The notes beneath the pieces are model-generated. The model was not told where the DNA came from. It saw only the letters and a program-made list of their open reading frames with translations, and did not search any database. From contig NC_091981.1 in assembly GCF_044704955.1 (NCBI RefSeq), positions 296,918,001 through 296,982,000 on the forward strand: DNA of 64,000 nucleotides. Direction: 5' to 3'. This stretch comes from Pristiophorus japonicus (taxonomy: Eukaryota). Positions 1 through 10,059 of the stretch are shown here, in pieces. A program made the translations under genes and the position numbers. Every line of letters begins with the position of its first letter. Position 1 is the first letter of the stretch.

Positions 1-19
1 AGCAATTTATTTGTATTTC

Positions 20-152
20 CAGCGCTCCTTCAGTACTGCCATTGGGAGTGTCAGCATGGATTTCTCTGTCAGCTCGAGTCTCTGGGGTGGGACTTGAACC
101 CACGACCTTCTGACTCAGAGGCGAGTGTACTACCCACTGAGCCACTGCCACA
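20..152 (-). mobile_element. tRNA-derived SINE head (DeuSINE/SacSINE1-like)
   Basis: The reverse complement contains pol III A box (TGGCTCAGTGG) and B box (GGTTCAAGTCC); same family as 26143 and 42495. Confidence 0.7.
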
Positions 153-154
153 CA

Positions 155-580
155 GTTCTCATGCCTGACACAAGACTCCCAAAGCAAGCGCTCCACTCGG
201 AACTCCTTCACGGCAAACGAGCCCCAGGTGGGCAGAGGAAATGTTACAAGGACACCCTCAAAGCCTCCCTGATAAAGTGCACCATCCCCACTGACACCTG
301 GGAGTTCCTGGCCAAAGACTGGCCCAAGTGGAGGAAGTGCATCCGGGAGGGCGCTGAGCTCCTCGAGTCTCGTCGCCGAGAGCATGCAGAAACCAAGCGC
401 AGGCAGCGGAAGGAGCGTGCGGCAAACCAGTCCCACCCACCCCTTACTCTCAACCACTGTCTGTCCCACCTGTGACAGAGTCTGTAATTCTCGTATTGGA
501 CTGTTCAGTCATCTGAGAACTCACTTTTAGAGTGGAAGTAAGTCTTCCTGGATTTCGAGGGACTGCCTATGATGATGAGG
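155..580 (+). mobile_element. 5'-truncated RTE-clade LINE 3' end
   Basis: MPDTRLPKQALHSELLHGKRAPGGQRK..., decayed C-terminal CxxC...H zinc finger, and 3' tail GAGGGACTGCCTATGATGATG. Confidence 0.8.
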
Positions 581-669
581 ATGGATGGAAGGGACCTAAC
601 GGCTGAAACATAGAAACATAGAAAATAGATGCAGGAGTGGGCCATTCGGCCCTTCGAGCCTGCCATTCA

Positions 670-1498
670 ATAAAATAATTGTGGAGCTGTTCCAGGCACT
701 TGATTTAAAGTTTCTACTCAAATAGTTGTAGAGCTGTTGAGTTGGGAGTGGCTTAGCCGATCATGTGATGTTTACAAGACTCAATAAAACCCCAGTCAGT
801 TGGGTTCGGGGGAATCCACGATGAGGCAGGTGGTTGTGAGCCTAGTGGATGAACTGGTAATGTGTAGTGTGATTGTTAAACTTGTGTTAATAAACCAACT
901 AGTTCTTAATAGCAATGTGTTAGTAATGACTCAAGAGTCTGGTTACTGTAAGCTCACTCAGGTGCAACCTGATCCATCTTTATTCCAGCCCAAGAGTGCC
1001 AGCGTGACATAGAAACATAGAAAATAAAAGCAGGAGTAGGCCATTCGGCCCTTCGAGCCTGCACCACCATTCAATAAGTTCATGGCTGATCATTCACCTC
1101 AGTACCCCTTTCCTGCTTTCTCTCCATACCCCTAGATCCCTTTAGCCGTGAGGGCCACATCTAACTCCCTCTTGAATATATCCAATCAACAACTCTCTGC
1201 GGCAGGGAATTCCACAGGTTAACAACTCTCTGAGTGAAGAAGTTTCTCCTCATCTCAGTCCTAAATGGCTTACCCCTTATCCTTAGACTGTGACCCCTGG
1301 TTCTGGACTTCCCCAACATCGGGAACATTCTTCCTGCATCTAACCTGTCCAGTCCCGTCAGAATTTTATATGTTTCTATGAGATCCTCTCTCATCCTTCT
1401 AAACTCCAGTGAATAAAGGCCCAGTTGATCCAGTCTCTCCTCATATGTCAGACCCGCCATCCCTGGAATCAGTGTATCGAGTTATTACATACATAACA
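670..1498. mobile_element. Nested LTR-like fragments interrupted by a CR1 3' end (CR1 at 1007-1472, minus)
   Basis: 916-1009 and 1473-1498 resemble the two ends of the Gypsy LTR at 52298-52507 (ctttatt...agagtgcc; catacataaca). The CR1 part translates [22 protein letters not shown] and has a (TTCTATGT) tail. Confidence 0.5.
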
Positions 1499-1650
1499 GG
1501 TACAACATCCCAAGGCACTTCACAGTAGCGTTATCAAATAGAATTTGACACCGAGCCACATAAGGAGACATTCTAATTGGGGGTTTTGACTGGGCTGGTT
1601 ACAGTTTATGGATCCCGTTTATCACTGTCTAACTAACAGTCGGCGGGTAC

Positions 1651-1821
1651 CTGTGAAATCCCTGAGCAAGGAGCGCGGCCACACACTGCCTCTCCAGCAC
1701 CGCGATCCGCTCATCCAGCAAGGAATACGAGGCCACTTCATACACCGCACAGCACGGCTCCTGGGCCTCATGTACCACATCCGCTAACGCCATCCCATAG
1801 GCTGACAGGATACCGCCATAC
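1651..1821 (-). CDS. OPLAH: 5-oxoprolinase coding exon 11 (gene continues beyond the left edge)
   Basis: [56 protein letters not shown](R); ccccag| ... |gtaccc; 171 bp, phase 2-2. About 578 codons are accounted for up to this point. Confidence 0.95.
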
Positions 1822-2109
1822 CTGGGGGGAGGGAGGGGGGGAAAAAGAGCAAGAGCGAGGGGGGGAGGGGGGAAAAGAGCAAGAGCGAGGGGGGGGGGGG
1901 GGGAAGACGGGAGAGAGGGGGGGGGGGGAGGCGGAAGAGAGGGACAAAGAGAAAAAGGGATACAGAGCGAGAGAGAGAGAGAGTGAGAGAGAAAGAGAGC
2001 AAGGAGAGAACAAACGAGACAATGGTGTTAATACAGGCCAACAGCTGAGTGTTGTGCTGCCCAATGATGGGGAATGAAATCTCAGCAGAGGTTGGGATCC
2101 TGCACCTAC

Positions 2110-2222
2110 TTGTGAATGAAGACAGTTTCCATGCCCAGAGACCGTGCGATAGCGCAGGCATGCTGCCCTCCAGCGCCTCCGAAACACGCCAGCACGTGGC
2201 GCGAGGTGTCGTGACCTTTGGC
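2110..2222 (-). CDS. OPLAH: 5-oxoprolinase coding exon 10
   Basis: [37 protein letters not shown](K), with FGGAG motif; tcacag| ... |gtaggt; 113 bp, phase 0-2. Confidence 0.96.
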
Positions 2223-2692
2223 CTGTGACGGGAGAGGAGGTATCTTTTATATCAGCGAATGAAATAAATCGGTGAAATAGTGGAGAGGGCTCCCACTGCC
2301 TACAGCTGACTCAGAGCAGAACCTACACCCCAGGGAGAAAGGCCCCCTCTCCCCAGCCCTCAGCTCCTCCACTCCCTGCCCCCGTCGTCCCTCTCACTGT
2401 CCCTCTCTCCCCTCCATTTGTCCCTCCCCACCTCTACCCAGCTCTCCCTCTTCATCCCCATCGCCCCCCCCCACCCTCTCTCCATCCCCACTCCCTACCC
2501 GATCTCTCCCTGTCCCCTACCCTCTCTCCGTCTCTCCCTGTGTCACCCTGCTCCATATCTCGGTGTCCCCTCTCCCCATTCTATTCCCCTCTATCAGGGC
2601 CTCAGACTGGGTGAGTTTTCTACACGGTCCCCAATTTGCTTGGGCTGGCTCTGCCTCCAGCCTCAATGGGCAGGGTGTATTGGAGATCTTCA

Positions 2693-2905
2693 TCAGCCCA
2701 TCTATGGGGGCTCGCTGGACCAGCCCATCTATGGGGGCTCGCTGGACCAGCCCATCTATGGGGGCTGGCGGTGTCCCGGCCCATCTATAGGGACTCGCTG
2801 GACCAGCCCATTTATAGGGGCTCGCTGGACCAGTCCATCTATAGGGGCTGGCGGTGTCCCGGCCCATCTATAGGGGCTGGCAGTGTCCCGGCCCATCTAT
2901 AGGGG
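2693..2905. repeat. Minisatellite, 27-31 bp unit with core GCCCATCTATRGGGGCT
   Basis: About 7-8 visible tandem copies of two unit variants. Confidence 0.85.
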
Positions 2906-3095
2906 GTCGCTGTGTTCCAGCCCATCTCGGGGAGGGGAATCTCATTTAGCAGCTAGTTCCCCGGCCAGGAGGAGTCTGTTGTGGGAGCGGGTGAATCTTG
3001 ATCCACCAGCTCAGTTTGGGAAGGGGGTGGGAATTGTGTCCAACACCCCATCTCGGGGAAGGTGTCTGTACCCCTACCTGTCCCTGTACCTCTAC

Positions 3096-3379
3096 ACTGC
3101 GATATGTGCGCGCACTAGGTCCGTGCAGCAGGGCAGGTCTCCAGTTGTCCTGGTTAACCCTTGCCACTGGACCAAGATCTAGCTCTGTCAAGCCCGTGTG
3201 ATGGCTGGTGTGCAACGGTCACCACACGTTAAAAAAATCTACGCACAGGTATCTTCCACCCTTCAGGGTGTAGTTCAGGACCTGGAATATTAGGTCCTTC
3301 ATTGAAACACCTGTGAACTCATCCTTTTTTGGCGTGGAAGCAAGTCATCCTCGTTTCGAAGGACTGCCTATGATGATGA
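3096..3379 (+). mobile_element. Non-autonomous RTE-derived retroposon, 5'-truncated, 11-bp TSD
   Basis: TSD TGTACCTCTAC at 3085-3095 and 3380-3390; 3' tail GTGGAAGCAAGTC...GGACTGCCTATGATGATG shared with the RTE LINE. Confidence 0.8.
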
Positions 3380-3471
3380 TGTACCTCTACCCATGACTCG
3401 GCACCCCTACCCGTGTACCCATCCCCATACGCCTGCACCTACCCAAATTCCATCCAAATGACTCGAGGTAC

Positions 3472-3758
3472 CTGAGTAAGAGCCCTGATTGGTCTGCACA
3501 TTGACTCATTGGCCACCCGGACAAACCCCAGGGCAACTTCCTCCACGGTCATCTGCGATTGGCCGGAGCCCTGCTCCTCGCCTCCCTGCGATTGGCCGCG
3601 CAGGAAAGTGTTGACCTGTTGCGCGACCTTCCGGAACTCCACGAGGGCCCCGTCCCTCCACAGCGGCTGGTCCTCCGTGGCCCCGAAGATTTTGGGAAAG
3701 TAATCGGGGAGCAGTCGCCCGAGGCACAGGTTGGCGTCGGTGACGGTGAGTGGGCCTC
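3472..3758 (-). CDS. OPLAH: 5-oxoprolinase coding exon 9
   Basis: (G)[25 protein letters not shown]...[25 protein letters not shown]; tcccag| ... |gtacct; 287 bp, phase 1-0. Confidence 0.96.
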
Positions 3759-3805
3759 CTGGGAAAACAACATCCGCAACATGGTCAGGTTATACTTTGA
3801 CGACT

Positions 3806-4188
3806 CGGGAGCTCCTTCACGGCAAATGAGCCCAAGGTGGGCAGCGGAAACGTTACAAGGACACCCTCAAAGCCTCCCTGATAAAGTGCAACATCCCCAC
3901 CGACACCTGGGAGCCCCTGGCCAAAGACCGCCCTAAGTGGAGGAAGTGCATCCGGGAGGGCGCTGAGCACCTCGAGTCTCATCGCCGAGAGCATGCAGAA
4001 ATCAAGCACAGGCAGCGGAAGGAGCGTGCGGCAAACCTGTCCCACCCTCCCTTACCCTCAACCACTATCTGTCCCACCTGTGACTGAGTCTGTGGTTCTG
4101 ATATTGGACTGTTCAGCCACCTGAGAACTCTTTTTTTTTTATATAGAGTGGAAGCAAGTCTTCCTCGATTTCGAGGGACTGGCTATGC
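3806..4188 (+). mobile_element. 5'-truncated RTE LINE 3' end, 8-bp TSD
   Basis: TSD TGACGACT at 3798-3805 and 4189-4196; homologous to 155-580. Confidence 0.8.
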
Positions 4189-4373
4189 TGACGACTTTGC
4201 ATCAAATCACAGCAGGGTACTCATTACCTCCTCAGCTGCCTGGGCCCCAAGCTCTGGAATTCCCTGCCTAAACCTCTCTGCCTCTTTAGCTCTCTCTCTC
4301 CTCCTTTAAGACGCTCCTTAAAACCTACCCCATTGACCAAGCTTTTGGTCACCTGTCCCAATAGCTCCTTAAT

Positions 4374-4590
4374 AATGCTGGGAACACTCAGATCGGGCAG
4401 CATCTGCGGAGAGAGAAACAGAGTTAACGCTTCAGGTCCATGACCTTTCGTAGGATCGCTCTGACACAGGGTCATGGACTTAAATCGTTAACTCTATCTC
4501 TCCACAGACGCTGCCTGACCTGCAGAGCGTTTCCAGCATTCTCGGTTTTTATTTCAGATTTCCAGTATGCGCAGTATTTTGCGTCTGTAC
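4374..4590. mobile_element. Palindromic Penelope-like-derived element inserted in an L2-type tail
   Basis: Imperfect inverted repeat 4374-4540 (aatgctgggaac...gtttccagcatt); imperfect flanking duplication aatagctcctt / gataactcctt. Confidence 0.6.
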
Positions 4591-4714
4591 TGATAACTCC
4601 TTGTGTGGCTCAGTGACTGATACGCCCTAGTGAATCGCCATGCACCATTTTTACAACAGTTCAGGATTCAGAAACTCAATATAAAAAGTGGTCAAATTTC
4701 AAAATTGAATCAGC

Positions 4715-5990
4715 CTGCATTTGTATCGCTCCTTTTTGCTTCTCAGGACGTTCCCAAGCACTTAATAGCAAATGATGTACTTTTTTGAAGTATAGTCACT
4801 GTTGCAATGTGGGAAACACAGCAGCCAATTTGCGCACAGCAATAGCAATGAAATACATGACCAGATAATCTGTTTTAGTGATGTTGGTTCAGGAATAAAT
4901 AATGGCCCCAGGACACGGGGGAGAACTCCCCTGCTCTTCTTCGAAATAGTGCCATAAGATCTGTCACAGTTTAACCTAATCATCTCCGAAAGACAACACC
5001 TCCAACAGTGCAGCATTCCCTCAGTACTGCCCCTCCGACAGTGCGGCGCTCCCTCAGTACTGCCCCTCCGACAGTGCAGCACTCCCTCAGTATGGCACTC
5101 CCTCAGTACTGCCCCTCCGACAGTGCAGCACTCCCTCAGTACTGCCCCTCCGACAGTGCGGCGCTCCCTCAGTACGGCACTCCCTCAGTACTGCCCCTCC
5201 GACAGTGCAGCACTCCCTCAGTACAGCCCCTCCAACAGTGCAGCACTCCCTCAGTACTGCCCCTCCGACAGTGCAGCACTCCCTCAGTACTGCCCCTCCG
5301 ACAGTGCGGCGCTCCCTCAGTATGGCACTCCCTCAGTACTGCCCCTCCGACAGTGCGGCACTCCCTCAGTACTGCCCCTCCGACAGTGCAGCACTCCCTC
5401 AGTACAGCCCCTCCGACAGTGCGGCGCTCCCTCAGTACGGCACTCCCTCAGTACTGCCCCTCAGACAGTGCAGCACTCCCTCAGTACTGCCCCTCCGACA
5501 GTGCAGCACTCCCTCAGTACTGCCCCTCCGACAGTGCAGCACTCCCTCAGTACTGCCCCTCCGACAGTGCAGCACTCCCTCAGTACTGCCCCTCCGACAG
5601 TGCAGCACTCCCTCAGTACTGCCCCTCCGACAGTGCAGCACTCCCTCAGTACTGCCCCTCCGACAGTGCAGCACTCCCTCAGTACTGCCCCTCCGACAGT
5701 GCAGCACTCCCTCAGTACTGCCCCTCCGACAGTGCAGCACTCCCTCAGTACTGCCCCTCCGACAGTGCAGCACTCCCTCAGTACTGCCCCTCCGACAGTG
5801 CAGCACTCCCTCAGTACAGCCCCTCCGACAGTGCGGCGCTCCCTCAGTACGGCACTCCCTCAGTACTGCCCCTCCGACAGTGCAGCACTCCCTCAGTACT
5901 GCACTGGGAGTGTCAGCCTGGATTATGTGCACTGAACTCACGACCTTCTGACTCAGAGGCGAGAGTGCTGCCCACTGAGCCACAGCAGAC
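4715..5990 (-). mobile_element. DeuSINE (SacSINE1-like) with internally expanded 33-bp minisatellite
   Basis: tRNA head at about 5936-5990, Deu-domain-like body and L2-type tail at 4715-5005, tandem array between them. Confidence 0.75.
5005..5905. repeat. 33-bp minisatellite ACTCCCTCAGTACTGCCCCTCCGACAGTGCAGC (about 27 copies)
   Basis: Directly visible tandem array; it explains the repetitive ORFs at 5008-6069. Confidence 0.95.
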
Positions 5991-6299
5991 ACACGGGTTA
6001 GAGAACAAGGTCGGGATGCGGGAGGGAGGAGGAACACCGAGGCGGGTGCCCCAGGGCTCAGAGTCATGACCACTAACGTACATCGATGACTTGGATTCAC
6101 TTTGTCTGTTCCACCAAGGGTGGCATCGCCGTTGATCCCAACCCTGTCCTTGCCCACAATGAGTAATTGCCACCCGCTCACTCTTCGGCAGATGCCGATC
6201 GGGAAATTCTGGCCTTTCGTTAGCTGTGGGGCTGGTTCTGAGGTTCAAACGTAACTGCCAATGTCAGCTGACCCCGAGCTGACCTGGGACTCTACTCAC

Positions 6300-7290
6300 A
6301 GAATCAGACAGCACAGATGGAGGCCATTCAGCCCATCGTGCCTGTGCCGGCTCTTTGAAAGAGCTGTCGAATTTATCCCGCTGCCCCTGCTTTTTCCCTG
6401 TAGTCCTGCAAATTAAAAGGTTCCTCTTCAAGTACAAGGGAGACTGGAACTAGGGGGCATAATCTTAGAATAAGGGGCCGCCCATTTAAAACTGCGATGA
6501 GGAGAAATTTCTTCTCAGAGGGTTGTGGATCTGTGGAATTCGTTGCTTCAGAGAGCTGTGGAAGCTGGGACATTGAATAAATTTAAGACAGAAATAGACA
6601 GTTTTTTTAAACTGATAAGGGGATAAGGGATGTTGGAGAGCGGGCAGGGAAGTGGAGCTGAGTCCATGATCAGATCAGCCATGATCGTATTAAATGGCGG
6701 AGCAGGCTCGAGGGGCCGTATGGCCTACTCCTGCTCCTATTTCTTTTGTTCTTATGTACATGTCCATTTGCCTTTTGAAAGTTCGCAAGGAATCTGACTC
6801 CACCACCCTTTCAGGTCATGCATTCCAGATCTTGCGAAAATATCTCTCCTGATCTCCCCCTCTGGTTCTCTTCCCAATTCTTTTAAATCTGTGTCCTCTG
6901 GTTACCGACCTATTTGCCAGAGGACACACCTTCTCCTTACTTGATTTTGAATACCTCGATTCAATCTCCACCTAACCAATGTTCCCGCTAATTGTTTGGG
7001 GGGTGCGTGGCCCCTTTAAGGGGCTGTGCGGCCCACTGAAATGACAGCGCAGGCGCGGTTTTTGACATCGGAACGCCATTTGGCCAAATGGGAACGTTGC
7101 TCTCAACCTTCTCTGCTCTCAGGAGAACCCCAGCTTCTCCAGTCTCTCTACGTAACTGAAGTCCTTCATCGCTGGAACCATGCTGGTAAATCTCCTCTGC
7201 ACCCTTCTCCAAGGCCTTGACATCCTTCCTAAAGTGCGAGGCCCAGAATCCGACACAGTACTCCAGCTGGGGGCGAACCAGTGCTTTATA
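6300..7290. mobile_element. Cluster of CR1 LINE 3' fragments (minus copy interrupted by a plus copy at 6436-6757 and a MITE)
   Basis: CR1 C-terminal sequence (MRRNFFSQR-like) and 3' UTR CAGGCTCGAGGGGCC..TGGCCTACTCCTGCTCCTA tail. Confidence 0.75.
6977..7099. mobile_element. hAT-type MITE
   Basis: TIRs CAATGTTCCC / GGGAACGTTG; decayed 8-bp TSD cacctaac / ctctcaac; interrupts a CR1 fragment. Confidence 0.6.
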
Positions 7291-7375
7291 AAGGTTTCAT
7301 TCCAACGTGCGCGCGATACACTGCCCCGCCGACAGAGTATCGAGGGTGGATTTGCTCGCGGAGAGAGTTACTGAC

Positions 7376-7443
7376 CTTTCCTGTAGCAGGCGGGACCAGG
7401 ATGAGCTCCGGCCGATTCTGGACCGACAACAAACAGCCCTGAC
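7376..7443 (-). CDS. OPLAH: 5-oxoprolinase coding exon 8
   Basis: [22 protein letters not shown](G); ttccag| ... |gtcagt; 68 bp, phase 2-1. Confidence 0.95.
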
Positions 7444-7914
7444 CTGGAAGAGGAAAGCGTGTCAGAGAAGTGGCGAGAGACACAGACAGACAGCTGTTCT
7501 TGGGGTCTACGGATCCGTCTCATTCCCCACACAGTTTCCCAATATTCCCATGTGCTCGCTGACCAACATTGGCTCCCGGTTAAGCAACGCCTCGATTTCA
7601 AAATTCTTATCCTTGTTTTCAAATCCCTCCATGGGCCTCGCCCCCCTCCCTATCTCTAATCTTCCCCCAGCCCCACGACCCTCCCCACCCCCCGAAATAT
7701 CTGCATTCTTCAAATTCTAGCCTCTTCCACATCCCTGATTATAATCGCTCCACCACTGGTGGCCGTGCCTTCAGCTGCCGAGGCCTCAAGTTCTGGAATT
7801 CCTTCCCTAAACTTCTCAGACTCTCTCCCCTCCTTTAAGACGCTCCTTAAAACCTACCTCTTTAACCAAGCTTTTGGTCACCTGTCCCGATATCGCCTTA
7901 TGGTCAGTGTTCTC

Positions 7915-8411
7915 TCTCTCAGGCCCAACATCCCCAGCATCGAAGCACTGACCACACTCGACCAGCTCCGCTGGGCGGGCCACATTGTCCGCGTGCCCGA
8001 CACAAGACTCCCAAAGCAAGCGCTCTACTCGGAACTCCTTCGCGGCAAGCGAGCCCCAGGCGGGCAGAGGAAACGTTACAAGGACACCCTCAAAGTCTCC
8101 CTGATAAAGTGCAACATCCCCACCGACACCTGGGAGTCCCTGGCCATAGACCGCCCTAAGTGGAGGAAGTGCATCCGGGAGGGCGCTGAGCACCTCGAGT
8201 CTCGTCGCCGAGAGCGTGCAGAAATCAAGCGCAGGCAGCGGAAGGAGCGTGCGGCAAACCAGTCCCACCCTCCCTTACCCTCAACCACTGTCTGTCCCGT
8301 TTGTGACAGAGACTGTGGTTCCTGTATTGGAACTGTTCAGCCACCTGAGAACTCACTTTTGGAGTGGAAGCAAGTCTTCCTCGATCTCGAGGGACTGCCT
8401 GTGATGATGAT
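7915..8411 (+). mobile_element. 5'-truncated RTE LINE 3' end nested in an L2-type element (7550-8484)
   Basis: NIPSIEALTTLDQLRWAGHIVRVPDTRLPKQ...CPVCDRDC; (GAT)n tail; host tail resumes at 8412. Confidence 0.8.
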
Positions 8412-8689
8412 GTGTCAAATTCCTGAAGCGGCGTGGGACATTTCACTACGTTAAAGGCACTATATAAATGCAAGGTGTCGTTGTTAAAGGACGCTTTGAG
8501 CGGGCGGGGGGTGGGGTTCAGGCCGGACGCTAACGCAGCGTATGGAGTATCGCTGTGACGGGACGCAAAGCTGTGCTGACCAGTCTCCCCTCACTAGGCG
8601 GGCGCTCCCAACTACCCGACTTCCCGGAGAGACGGGGAGGACCCCCCCGACGGTGCGCGGACCCCAACCGGTAAAAGAAGAGATTTTCA

Positions 8690-9306
8690 CCGCCTTGGCC
8701 TGCCGTGGGTCTGTGTCCTCACCACTGGTCCACGGCCCACACACGAGCCGTCAGTGCTTTCTGTACACGGACACCCAAATCCCTTCGCTGCCCCACAGCC
8801 GACAGTCTCTCACCGTTTAGAAAACACTCCGATCCACCGTACTCAGGCTCGCGCTTCTTCACATTGAATCCCATCAGTTTTACCCTCTCACTCAGTCCGT
8901 CAATGTCCCCCTTTGTGTACCCGTCCACCCAATTCACCGTGCCTCCTAACATACACTTGACAGGGCAGATGCAGACAGGATGTTTCCCCTGGCTGGGGAG
9001 TCTAGAACCAGGGGGTCACAGTCTCAGAATAAGGGGGTCAGCCATTTAGGACAAAGGATGAGGAGGAATTTCTTCTCTCAGAGGGCGGTGAATCTTTGGA
9101 ATTCTCCGCCCCAGAGGGCTGTGGAGGCTCAGTCCTCGAGTATATTCAAGGCTGAGATCGATGGACTTTTGGGAACTAAGGGAATCAAGGGATATGGGAT
9201 AGTGCGGGAAAGTGGAGTTGATGTAGAAGATCAGCCTTGATCTCATTGGATGGCGGAGCAGGCTCGAGGGGCCGTATGGCCGACTCCTGCTTCTTGTGTT
9301 CTTCGT
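8690..9306. mobile_element. CR1 fragments (RT remnant on minus, 8690-8950; 3' end on plus, 8956-9306)
   Basis: LNGERL..VGQRRDLGV (minus); MRRNFFSQRAVNLWNS and CR1 tail (plus). Confidence 0.7.
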
Positions 9307-9657
9307 GCCATCTGCAAACTTTGATATAGAACTCTGCATTCCGACATCTTAATCATCGGTACAGGTGGCAAAAGGTGGAGATCCCTGGGGAATGGCACGT
9401 GTCACATCCTGCTAATCAGAGGTCATTCTCCGACCTCCCAACCAGTAACCCAGCAGTGTCACAAGGCCACCTCCACGCTCATATTTCCATCACCTCAGGA
9501 CGTCCCAAAGTGCGTTACACCCAACGAATCTCGTGTGCGGAACCTTTTACCACAGGTCAAACAGGGCGAGATCCCTGTGGAGCCACGAGCTGCGGACTGG
9601 GAGGGGAACACGCCCCCCCGCCCCCCACCCCCGCACCGCACTGCTCGCCGGGCCTAC

Positions 9658-9796
9658 CTGAAGGACAGCATGGAGCCGCCGCCAGCGGCCACGGTGTTGA
9701 CGTCGAGCTGAGGAGCCTGGACGGTGATCCCCGCGGTCGTGGCCTCGAACACGTGCTCGAACTCCCCGGCATAACGGCTCACGTCTGTCGACGTGC
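9658..9796 (-). CDS. OPLAH: 5-oxoprolinase coding exon 7
   Basis: (G)[45 protein letters not shown](R); ttccag| ... |gtaggc; 139 bp, phase 1-2. Confidence 0.96.
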
Positions 9797-10059
9797 CTGG
9801 AATCGAAGAGAGGGGAGGGGGTCAGAGCGTCGGAGTTAAACCCCGGGGCGGGGGGGCAAAGGGTGGTCAGGCCGCGAGGTGCTTCCGGCGACAACACTTC
9901 CCGCGCGTCCGGTCGCAGCCCGATTCAGCGCCTCAGGAACCCCGCCCGGTACACGGGGCGACGTGATGCTCAGACAGGGACCCCCCGCACAGTCCGAGGG
10001 GAGGGGGTACACTGGATACTCCGGCGTTGGGGTGGCGGGAGGGGGTTGTACACTGGAGG

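Noticed and set aside
5008-6181. Long repetitive ORFs here and at 26109-27404
   Set aside because: Translations of the 33-bp SINE-derived minisatellite.
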